Positions 23,420 through 35,584 of a stretch of 64,000 nt of DNA are shown in pieces. Each line of letters opens with the position of its first letter. The stretch's first letter is position 1. Under the pieces are notes generated by a model, which made no database searches, was not told the DNA's origin, and worked only from the letters and a program-made list of their open reading frames with translations. Both the position numbers and the translations under genes were made by a program. Source of the DNA: Chrysomallon squamiferum (taxonomy: Eukaryota; Animalia; Mollusca); the NCBI GenBank assembly GCA_012295275.1, contig CM022675.1, forward strand, positions 4,774,001 through 4,838,000, in the 5' to 3' direction.

Positions 23420-25354
23420 AAAAATTAAAAATATAAAAAAAAAAATACAATAAAAATAATAACAATAATGTATGTATGTATATATATTTGGATATTTCTA
23501 TTCAGTCGATAGTCTTCATGAGAATTTCGTTACATTTTCCTATCATTTATGATATTTATACATCATTCAATTTATAGGATTATTTATAACTTTCTGATAG
23601 GTTTATTTTATTTTATTTTATATTATTATTATTATTTCTGAAAATGTTTCCGTCATTCTTTATACATTGTATTGTCAGGAACCACTGAAGGAAGAAACAG
23701 AGAGAAACAGAACAAAGAAGAAGGTCAATAATAGATATATACAAATACCTGAATTTCATACGAAATTTGGAATATCTAGTACACATATACATGCAGACAC
23801 AGACGTGCACATATATGGATGGATGGATGAGTGTTTGTATCTTGTATAAATGTATTTCTAGTTAGTCGCTGAATTATCTCTGAAATTATTATATTGTTTA
23901 GTGACTTCATCATTATACAAACAGAATTGTTTTAGTGAAATCACCTTTATTAAAAAAAAAAAAAAAAAAAAAAGTAAATAAAAAATCAGACAGTCATCCT
24001 ATTATGGGAAATTTAAATTTTACAAATAATCAAAAGATGAAATATCATTATTTTAATAATATTGTCGTATTCTTCATCTTAATATCATTACCGTATTCAT
24101 CGACATCATTACTACTACTACTACTACTACTACTGTTATTGTTATTGTTATTGCTATGATAATGATGATAATTATTCGTGGATAAATGACCAAAGCAGTG
24201 ATAGTAGTAGTTATAGTAATAGTAATAGTAATAGCAGTATTAGTGATAATATTGTAGTAAATAAAGTGATAGTAGTAGTAGCAGCAGCAGGAGTAATAGT
24301 AGTATCGGTAGTAAGAGTAATAGTACTAGTAGTAGTAGTAGTAATAATAGTGATAATAGTAGTAGTAGTATTGGTAAAATCAATATGCATCTTGTTACAA
24401 TGTTCTACTTTCAGCCAAAGAATGATTCGTCTTCCTGAATGAACAAATCTCCTTCCAAAATAAATAAATAAATAAATAAATAACGATGTTTACTATTCTA
24501 CTCATTTGTACCATGTAAACTAACTGATTCACGTCAGATATTTGAGACTATATAACTTGACTCATGTTACAGCTTTGTTACAACTAGTAGACTTTTCATC
24601 TCAAAGGGTTTTGTTGACAATCGACCAGTCTATGCCATGATGAATCTGGAATCAGAGTCTGGGGGAAATCGTGACGAATTCTTGTCTATCTGAAAACATT
24701 ATTTGCGTGAATGTTTCTGCAGAAAATATCAATACCTTATTAAATGTAATTAATATTTTGAACTAAAAATTCATTGTTAATTTTCAGTTAATAAATAAAT
24801 GTTAAATATTAAAAGAGTGTTGCTTTACTTTTTCTTCAGGAGTTATTTAATTAATTATGTTATTTTTTAAGTCACTTAAATGGAACACACATATACACAA
24901 TTAATAATGCTGATGATGACGACAGTAATAGTTACAATGATGGACGATGATGACTATGATGATGATGTTAACAGTATCGAAGATGTTAATGATTATAACG
25001 ATGATGAGAATTATGAATTGCAAAATCTTACACTGGTCGTTAATATTATCTCAAAGATAATGATTTCAAGCATTATTTATTTATTTTCTTTTAAGTGACG
25101 TCCCAGTTTAAAACTTTTGTTATATATACTAAGGCATAATGATGTCATTAGAACGAAGCGTTCCGAAATTGATCGAGATGTTTGCACGAAAAACTGATGA
25201 CGTCATGAGTGATGCAGAAATGGTGATTTTATATATTTTGACTTGTATGTTATAATTATATTTATATTACAACAATTTTTATTTCAGATATTTAAACAAT
25301 ATTCCGCTACATCATTCTTTTATATATAACATCTGTTTTATTATTATTATTATA

Positions 25355-25416
<62 letters not shown>

Positions 25417-25567
25417 ATATTTTGCACCGTTCCATAATGTGTTTTTATCAAGCTCTAGATGTTTCAACTCAATTAAAGATGACCCTTTTACAGAAAGTTA
25501 AATATTTCGATATTCGAATTGTTGATATCTGATGCAATGTTTGTCAATTTCTTTAGGTAGTTTACAA

Positions 25568-25609
<42 letters not shown>

Positions 25610-26189
25610 CATTATTACTATTATGAATACGGTTCTGATTATTATTATTACAACCCCAATAGCTGCAATTACTACTACTTCTACTACTATTACTACTACT
25701 ACTACTACTACTTTTCTCCTGCTACTCTTACTATTAGTACTACGGTTAATACATGTATTAATTCTAGTGGTAGTGCTACCACTAAAACTACTTCGGCTAG
25801 TACTGCAACTGATAATAACCGTGTAGTATTGCAGTTACGAAGCTTACTACTACTGTTAATGACATAAGTAGTCTGACTCAATATTTTACTGACAGGAAAG
25901 AGAACATTTTCAAAAGGAAGAAGACAAAGGAAAAGATTTATATAAAGAAGAATGAAAAAAGGATAAAGTAAATAGCTATGTTCAAGGAGTTTCTTGTTAT
26001 TATTATTATTCAAATTATATTTGACTATTCTTTCTATTAATGAAAACCGTCAGCTATCTAGATCATTCTTCTTAAGATGTTACGAATCTAAGGATTAAAC
26101 TTGAAATTATTTTCTTAATTATTTAAAAAGCTATCTTTGAACGTCTCTATACTGCGTCTTTCGAAAATAATACTTTCTACAAATTAAAG

Positions 26190-26247
<58 letters not shown>

Positions 26248-27231
26248 GAATAACAATAATAATAACAATAACAATAATCATAATACTAGTAGTACTAGTA
26301 ATAATAATAATATAATAATACGAACAAGAAGAAGAAAGAGTGAAAATAGAATTAATATATATATACTTCATGAGAGAGTAAAATAAATGCATGTTTTAAC
26401 TGATGTAATTTTATTAAAAGCCTTGTGTTAAAATAATTGTATTCAAAAATATGAAAATTAATCTTAAAAGAAATACTAATATTATGTGATAATATTTTCA
26501 GTAATATCCACAAACGTATATCGCAACAGTCTTCTAAACATAAGAACTATATAATTAGCTATTTACCAGTTGAATTAATTATTAAAACATTTACCGTGGG
26601 TTATTGTAATATGTTATAGATTATTTCTTTTCTCATTAACATTATCAGAGAAAGAAAATTCAGTCGAAGCGAAAATGGACAAGACCTCGAAAAAGTAATA
26701 ATAATAATAATAATATCGACGAGAACAAGAACAACAACAACAAGAACAATAACAACAAGAACAGCAACAACAACAACAATAATACTATAATACTACTACT
26801 ACTACTACTACTAATAATAATAATAAGAAGAAGAAGAAGAAGAAAGAAGAAGAAGAATGAATGTGTATGTATATTAAGATAATAAAACAAAATTAATTAT
26901 ATTTTGTGAAAAGCCTATGAATAAATATTTATGTTGAAAAATATTATAATCAATTATCAGAAATACTAAAATTATGTGATAATATTTTCAGAACTACACA
27001 TAGACATATATCGCAACAGCCGGAAATAAGGTATTTAAAACTTTAGAAGTATTTGTGAATTTTCACTTTATTTATTATTAACGATGATGATGATGATGAT
27101 GATGACAATAATAATAATAATAATAATAGAAGAAAAAGAAGAAGAAGCCGGAAAGAAGAATAGTGAAAGGAAAATCAATGTTTGTATATATGTATATTTA
27201 TATCCAGTCCAATTACTTCATGGGAGTATAC

Positions 27232-27262
<31 letters not shown>

Positions 27263-29203
27263 AAAAATTAAAATATAAAAAAAAATACAATAAAAATAAT
27301 AACAATAATGTATGTATGTATATATATTTGGATATTTCTATTCAGTCGATAGTCTTCATGAGAATTTCGTTACATTTTCCTATCATTTATGATATTTATA
27401 CATCATTCAATTTATAGGATTATTTATAACTTTCTGATAGGTTTATTTTATTTTATTTTATATTATTATTATTATTTCTGAAAATGTTTCCGTCATTCTT
27501 TATACAGTGTATTGTCAGGAACCACTGAAGGAAGAAACAGAGAGAAACAGAACAAAGAAGAAGGTCAATAATAGATATATACAAATACCTGAATTTCATA
27601 CGAAATTTGGAATATCTAGTACACATATACATGCAGACACAGACGTGCACATATATGGATGGATGGATGAGTGTTTGTATCTTGTATAAATGTATTTCTA
27701 GTTAGTCGCTGAATTCTCTCTGAAATTATTATATTGTTTAGTGACTTCATCATTATACAAACAGAATTGTTTTAGTGAAATCACCTTTATTAAAAAAAAA
27801 AAAAAATAAAAAAGTAAATAAAAAATCAGACAGTCATCCTATTATTATGGGAAATTTAAATTTTACAAATAATCAAAAGATGAAATATCATTATTTTAAT
27901 AATATTGTCGTATTCTTCATCTTAATATCATTACCGTATTCATCGACATCATTACTACTACTACTACTACTACTACTACTGTTATTGTTATTGTTATTGC
28001 TATGATAATGATGATAATTATTCGTGGATAAATGACCAAAGCAGTGATAGTAGTAGTTATAATGGTAATAGTAATAGCAGTATTAGTGATAATATTGTAG
28101 TAAATAAAGTGATAGTAGTAGTAGCAGCAGCAGGAGTAATAGTAGTATCGGTAGTAAGAGTAATAGTACTAGTAGTAGTTGTAGTAATAATAGTGATAAT
28201 AGTAGTAGTAGTATTGGTAAAATCAATATGCATCTTGTTACAATGTTCTACTTTCAGCCAAAGAATGATTCGTCTTCCTGAATGAACAAATCTCCTTCCA
28301 AAATAAATAAATAAATAAATAAATAACGATGTTTACTATTCTACTCATTTGTACCATGTAAACTAACTGATTCACGTCAGATATTTGAGACTATATAACT
28401 TGACTCATGTTACAGCTTTGTTACAACTAGTAGACTTTTCATCTCAAAGGGTTTTGTTGACAATCGACCAGTCTATGCCATGATGAATCTGGAATCAGAG
28501 TCTGGGGGAAATCGTGACGAATTCTTGTCTATCTGAAAACATTATTTGCGTGAATGTTTCTGCAGAAAATATCAATACCTTATTAAATGTAATTAATATT
28601 TTGAACTAAAAATTCATTGTTAATTTTCAGTTAATAAATAAATGTTAAATATTAAAAGAGTGTTGCTTTACTTTTTCTTCAGGAGTTATTTAATTAATTA
28701 TGTTATTTTTTAAGTCACTTAAATGGAACACACATATACACAATTAATAATGCTGATGATGACGACAGTAATAGTTACAATGATGGACGATGATGACTAT
28801 GATGATGATGTTAACAGTATCGAAGATGTTAATGATTATAACGATGATGAGAATTATGAATTGCAAAATCTTACACTGGTCGTTAATATTATCTCAAAGA
28901 TAATGATTTCAAGCATTATTTATTTATTTTCTTTTAAGTGACGTCCCAGTTTAAAACTTTTGTTATATATACTAAGGCATAATGATGTCATTAGAACGAA
29001 GCGTTCCGAAATTGATCGAGATGTTTGCACGAAAAACTGATGACGTCATGAGAGATGCAGAAATGGTGATTTTATATATTTTGACTTGTATGTTATAATT
29101 ATATTTATATTACAACAATTTTTATTTCAGATATTTAAACAATATTCCGCTACATCATTCTTTTATATATAATATCTGTTTTATTATTATTATTATTATT
29201 ATA

Positions 29204-29238
<35 letters not shown>

Positions 29239-29389
29239 ATATTTTGCACCGTTCCATAATGTGTTTTTATCAAGCTCTAGATGTTTCAACTCAATTAAAG
29301 ATGACCCTTTTACAGAAAGTTAAATATTTCGATATTCGAATTGTTGATATCTGATGCAATGTTTGTCAATTTCTTTAGGTAGTTTACAA

Positions 29390-29428
<39 letters not shown>

Positions 29429-30010
29429 CATTATTACTATTATGAATACGGTTCTGATTATTATTATTACAACCCCAATAGCTGCAATTACTACTACTTC
29501 TACTACTATTACTACTACTACTACTACTACTTTTCTCCTGCTGCTACTCTTACTATTAGTACTACGGTTAATACATGTATTAATTCTAGTGGTAGTGCTA
29601 CCACTAAAACTACTTCGGCTAGTACTGCAACTGATAATAACCGTGTAGTATTGCAGTTACGAAGCTTACTACTACTGTTAATGACATAAGTAGTCTGACT
29701 CAATATTTTACTGACAGGAAAGAGAACATTTTCAAAAGGAAGAAGACAAAGGAAAAGATTTATATAAAGAAGAATGAAAAAAGGATAAAGTAAATAGCTA
29801 TGTTCAAGGAGTTTCTTGTTATTATTATTATTCAAATTATATTTGACTATTCTTTCTATTAATGAAAACCGTCAGCTATCTAGATCATTCTTCTTAAGAT
29901 GTTACGAATCTAAGGATTAAACTTGAAATTATTTTCTTAATTATTTAAAACCTATCTTTGAACGTCTCTATACTGCGTCTTTCGAAAATAATACTTTCTA
30001 CAAATTAAAG

Positions 30011-30068
<58 letters not shown>

Positions 30069-32996
30069 GAATAACAATAATAATAACAATAACAATAATC
30101 ATAATACTAGTAGTACTAGTAATAATAATAATATAATAATACGAACAAGAAGAAGAAAAAGAGTGAAAATAGAATTAATATATATATACTTCATGAGAGA
30201 GTAAAATAAATGCATGTTTTAACTGATGTAATTTTATTAAAAGCCTTGTGTTAAAATAATTGTATTCAAAAATATGAAAATTAATCTTAAAAGAAATACT
30301 AATATTATGTGATAATATTTTCAGTAATATCCACAAACGTATATCGCAACAGTCTTCTAAACATAAGAACTATATAATTAGCTATTTACCAGTTGAATTA
30401 ATTATTAAAACATTTACCGTGGGTTATTGTAATATGTTATAGATTATTTCTTTTCTCATTAACATTATCAGAGAAAGAAAATTCAGTCGAAGCGAAAATG
30501 GACAAGACCTCGAAAAAGTAATAATAATAATAATAATATCGACGAGAACAAGAACAACAACAACAAGAACAATAACAACAAGAACAGCAACAACAACAAC
30601 AATAATACTATAATACTACTACTACTACTACTACTAATAATAATAATAATAAGAAGAAGAAGAAGAAGAAGAAAGAAGAAGAAGAATGAATGTGTATGTA
30701 TATTAAGATAATAAAACAAAATTAATTATATTTTGTGAAAAGCCTATGAATAAATATTTATGTTGAAAAATATTATAATCAATTATCAGAAATACTAAAA
30801 TTATGTGATAATATTTTCAGAACTACACATAGACATATATCGCAACAGCCGGAAATAAGGTATTTAAAACTTTAGAAGTATTTGTGAATTTTCACTTTAT
30901 TTATTATTAACGATGATGATGATGATGATGATGACAATAATAATAATAATAATAATAGAAGAAAAAGAAGAAGAAGCCGGAAAGAAGAATAGTGAAAAGA
31001 AAATCAATGTTTGTATATATGTATATTTATATCCAGTCCAATTACTTCATGGGAGTATAAAAAAAAAAAAAAAAAAATGAAAAAATTAAAAATTAAAATA
31101 TAAAAAAAAATACAATAAAAATAATAACAATAATGTATGTATGTATATATATTTGGATATTTCTATTCAGTCGATAGTCTTCATGAGAATTTCGTTACAT
31201 TTTCCTATCATTTATGATATTTATACATCATTCAATTTATAGGATTATTTGTAACTTTCTGTTAGGTTTATTTTATTTTATTTTATATTATTATTATTAT
31301 TTCTGAAAATGTTTCCGTCATTCTTTATACAGTGTATTGTCAGGAACCACTGAAGGAAGAAACAGAGAGAAACAGAACAAAGAAGAAGGTCAATAATAGA
31401 TATATACAAATACCTGAATTTCATACGAAATTTGAATATCTAGTACACATATACATGCAGACACAGACGTGCACATATATGGATGGATGGATGAGTGTTT
31501 GTATCTTGTATAAATGTATTTCTAGTTAGTCGCTGAATTCTCTCTGAAATTATTATATTGTTTAGTGACTTCATCATTATACAAACAGAATTGTTTTAGT
31601 GAAATCACCTTTATTAAAAAAATAAAAAAAAAAAAAGTAAATAAAAAAATCAGACAGTCATCCTATTATGGGAAATTTAAATTTTACAAATAATCAAAAG
31701 ATGAAATATCATTATTTTAATAATATTGTCGTATTCTTCATCTTAATATCATTACCGTATTCATCGACATCATTACTACTACTACTACTACTACTACTGT
31801 TATTGTTATTGTTATTGCTATGATAATGATGATAATTATTCGTGGATAAATGACCAAAGCAGTGATAGTAGTAGTTATAATGGTAATAGTAATAGCAGTA
31901 TTAGTGATAATATTGTAGTAAATAAAGTAATAGTAGTAGTAGCAGCAGCAGGAGTAATAGTAGTATCGGTAGTAAGAGTAATAGTACTAGTAGTAGTAGT
32001 AGTAATAATAGTGATAATAGTAGTAGTAGTATTGGTAAAATCAATATGCATCTTGTTACAATGTTCTACTTTCAGCCAAAGAATGATTCGTCTTCCTGAA
32101 TGAACAAATCTCCTTCCAAAATAAATAAATAAATAAATAAATAACGATGTTTACTATTCTACTCATTTGTACCATGTAAACTAACTGATTCACGTCAGAT
32201 ATTTGAGACTATATAACTTGACTCATGTTACAGCTTTGTTACAACTAGTAGACTTTTCATCTCAAAGGGTTTTGTTGACAATCGACCAGTCTATGCCATG
32301 ATGAATCTGGAATCAGAGTCTGGGGGAAATCGTGACGAATTCTTGTCTATCTGAAAACATTATTTGCGTGAATGTTTCTGCAGAAAATATCAATACCTTA
32401 TTAAATGTAATTAATATTTTGAACTAAAAATTCATTGTTAATTTTCAGTTAATAAATAAATGTTAAATATTAAAAGAGTGTTGCTTTACTTTTTCTTCAG
32501 GAGTTATTTAATTAATTATGTTATTTTTTAAGTCACTTAAATGGAACACACATATACACAATTAATAATGCTGATGATGACGACAGTAATAGTTACAATG
32601 ATGGACGATGATGACTATGATGATGATGTTAACAGTATCGAAGATGTTAATGATTATAACGATGATGAGAATTATGAATTGCAAAATCTTACACTGGTCG
32701 TTAATATTATCTCAAAGATAATGATTTCAAGCATTATTTATTTATTTTCTTTTAAGTGACGTCCCAGTTTAAAACTTTTGTTATATATACTAAGGCATAA
32801 TGATGTCATTAGAACGAAGCGTTCCGAAATTGATCGAGATGTTTGCACGAAAAACTGATGACGTCATGAGAGATGCAGAAATGGTGATTTTATATATTTT
32901 GACTTGTATGTTATAATTATATTTATATTACAACAATTTTTATTTCAGATATTTAAACAATATTCCGCTACATCATTCTTTTATATATAATATCTG

Positions 32997-33083
<87 letters not shown>

Positions 33084-33260
33084 ATATTTTGCACCGTTCC
33101 ATAATGTGTTTTTATCAAGCTCTAGATGTTTCAACTCAATTAAAGATGACCCTTTTACAGAAAGTTAAATATTTCGATATTCGAATTGTTGATATCTGAT
33201 GCAATGTTTGTCAATTTCTTTAGGTAGTTTACAAATTTATTATTATTATTATTATTATTG
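17354..33260. repeat. Tandem array of a ~3.83-kb unit, 4 full copies plus a partial fifth, near-identical
   Basis: The same sequence recurs at 17868, 21682, 25532, 29354 and ~33199 (periods ~3814-3850). Copies differ mainly in microsatellite and homopolymer length. The left end lies in the N gap. Confidence 0.97.
32757..32905 (+). promoter_or_regulatory. Putative promoter and first exon of gene D with clustered CRE-like sites, repeated in every array unit
   Basis: TGACGTC 32757-63, TATA-like run ~32782, TGATGTCA 32801-08 and the perfect palindrome ATGACGTCAT 32858-67 precede the ATG at 32881. Homologous ATGs are at 17578, 21389, 25220 and 29063. Confidence 0.5.
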
Positions 33261-34010
33261 TTATTATTATTATTTATCTGCGATTGAGGATCTTTTGGGT
33301 GTCTTATAATAATTGTAAAAAAAAAAAAAAAAAAAAAAAAATAAAATATATATATATAAGCTGTCAGTCGTTATTTTTTTAACACATTACATTCGATTTA
33401 CGTCACAGATCTTGGAACCAATTAATGACGTAGATTTGTTTTGTTTTCATTGACAGATATGGTGCTTTTATCTATAGTTGAGGTTTCGGCTTCATCTATA
33501 GAAGAATGCGAGAAGTATATTACAGAGAGAGTGAGCAAATGTTTTGTTCGGAATCAATTCACCATGGAATCGCTTTTGTATTTCGTCTCTCTTGGAGAAG
33601 ATGGATCTCTTCCAGAAGGAGAAACTTTTGAAACGTTAAAATTATCAACTTGCACGTGAGTCGGTTTTTGTCTGTCTCTGTGTTTATATGTACCTATATA
33701 TGTATGTCAGATGCCGCTGACGAGACTCGAAAGTATGCCACCCGTTTGCCCGTACTCCTAAGGCGGACGATATTACAGTTCTGCCACCGAGTTTTGTCTG
33801 TATATGTGAATGTGTGTATGTCTGTGTGTATGAATTTGTGCATGTGTTGTGTGTTTGTGTGTGTTTTTATGTGTGTGTATGTATATATGTGAATGTGTAT
33901 GTGGGTGAATATCTGTATAATGTATTTGTGCGTATCTGCATGTATATCTGAGTATATATGTTTATGTATATATGCGTGTTTGTGTAAGTGTGTGTATGTG
34001 TGGTTATATA

Positions 34011-34049
<39 letters not shown>

Positions 34050-34958
34050 CGGATAACTCGTGTGTTCCTCGAAAGGGTATAGTAAAGTATGTTTATATGA
34101 TTATTTGTTTAATGGCTTGTTTGTTTATTTCTTTCTTTCTTTATTTATTTATTAGAGAAAGGAAATTAGATGGAATAGAAAAATGCTTCATTGATGCTGC
34201 GACGTTTCCCAAAAATATGAGTTCGTGTCGAGAGAACAAGAACTACGAAAGGCCAACTGCTGAAGAGTTATCTCCATTTACGGAACAGATTAAACAAACG
34301 TGTACATCAGGTATATCAATAACAGAAAATAAAAACCATTAATAACGGAACAAAAATGAAGAGACAGTTTGTTAATATGTTGACTGTCTACTCTTTTCTT
34401 TCTCTAGGTGTTTATTTTGTTGACGTAAAAGTGTTTTATGATTAAATAAAAATGATATATTGGAACACCTTTCGATTTTGCTTAGTTTTCTTTCTTTTCT
34501 ATTATATTTCCCCCTATGTCTGTCTGTACGTATATGTGTTATTTCGTAGAGGATGGTACATGGACATCTTGGTCAGAAAAGGAATCAAGCTGTAACGTCC
34601 TGTGTGGTAGAGGCAGTATGGTTATAACACGGACAAGAGTTTGCGTAAATCGCACAACTACGGGAACAAAAAAACAATTGTGTATAGGGGAAACCAAGGA
34701 AACTGAAAGTGCCCGATGTTATTTTCCTGTAGAGTGCCGAAGTAAATATAAATATAAATTCAATTAAAATATTTCATTCTTTTCTTCATTTCTTGTTTGT
34801 TTGTTTGTTTTTTGTTTGCTTGTTTGTTTTGTTTCGTTTCGTTTTATTTTATTTTCAACTTGTTAAAAACTAAAGTACAGTTATTGATGTGGAACCCGTA
34901 AAATAAGAAACGGTTTTTTAAATTAATTTAGAATACTTCACAATTCCACACACACAGG

Positions 34959-34990
<32 letters not shown>

Positions 34991-35384
34991 TGTGCTCACA
35001 TATATATACATACACACATGCGTAAATTCACACCCAGATATACATTGATATATATTACATTATATATATATATATATATATATAATGCATTCTAGATTTT
35101 TATTATCGGTTATTTCCTTTTAGCGAATATAATTTAGATCTGATTTTAAAATATACACTTTTATCCCCAACTGTGTGTTTATTTTAGAGAGCATTGATCA
35201 GTTGAGTTATCCGAACGTATTAAAATGGTGTAGTATATCCTGCCACAGGAATAGAAAAGTAATTGAAAAATTGACTGAAAGAACAAATGTCACTTTGGTA
35301 CTTATATTTTTCGTTCGAAAACCTTTTTTAAACCAGAATTTCGGCCTGGAGGTAGAGATAGAAACCCCCCCTGCAAAACAAAGT
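32881..35384 (+). CDS. Gene D: secreted or extracellular protein with a Cys-containing N-terminal domain and a thrombospondin type-1 (TSP1) repeat; 3' end runs into the gap
   Basis: Exons 32881-32905 (MVILYILT, donor gtatgt) and 33457-33655 join into the signal peptide MVILYILTYMVLLSIVEVSA. Then 34156-34310 and 34550-34741 (DGTWTSWSEKESSCNVLCGRGSMVITRTRVC..LCIGETKETESARC..EC, a TSP1 pattern WxxW..C..CG.G..RxRxC), plus a possible exon from 35188. All phases are compatible. An in-frame upstream ATG lies at 32800. Confidence 0.75.
33704..33770 (+). ncRNA. Type I hammerhead-ribozyme-like motif in intron 2 of gene D
   Basis: CUGACGA 33717-23, minimal stem II G-ACU-C, GAAA 33729-32, 6-bp stem III AGUAUG/CGUACU, CUC cleavage triplet 33755-57, bulged stem I (UGCCG pairing with C-uaa-GGCG). 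Confidence 0.55.
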
Positions 35385-35584
35385 NNNNNNNNNNNNNNNN
35401 NNNNNNNNNNNNNNNNNNNNNNNNNNNNNNNNNNNNNNNNNNNNNNNNNNNNNNNNNNNNNNNNNNNNNNNNNNNNNNNNNNNNNNNNNNNNNNNNNNNN
35501 NNNNNNNNNNNNNNNNNNNNNNNNNNNNNNNNNNNNNNNNNNNNNNNNNNNNNNNNNNNNNNNNNNNNNNNNNNNNNNNNNNNN
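35385..35584. other. Scaffold gap (200 N)
   Basis: Run of N; the fixed size suggests a gap of unknown length. Confidence 1.

Noticed and set aside
32855-32885. CTGATGA...GAAA hammerhead-like core in each array unit
   Set aside because: The stem II closing pair would be C-A and no stem III/NUH is found; the CRE palindrome and start codon explain the sequence.
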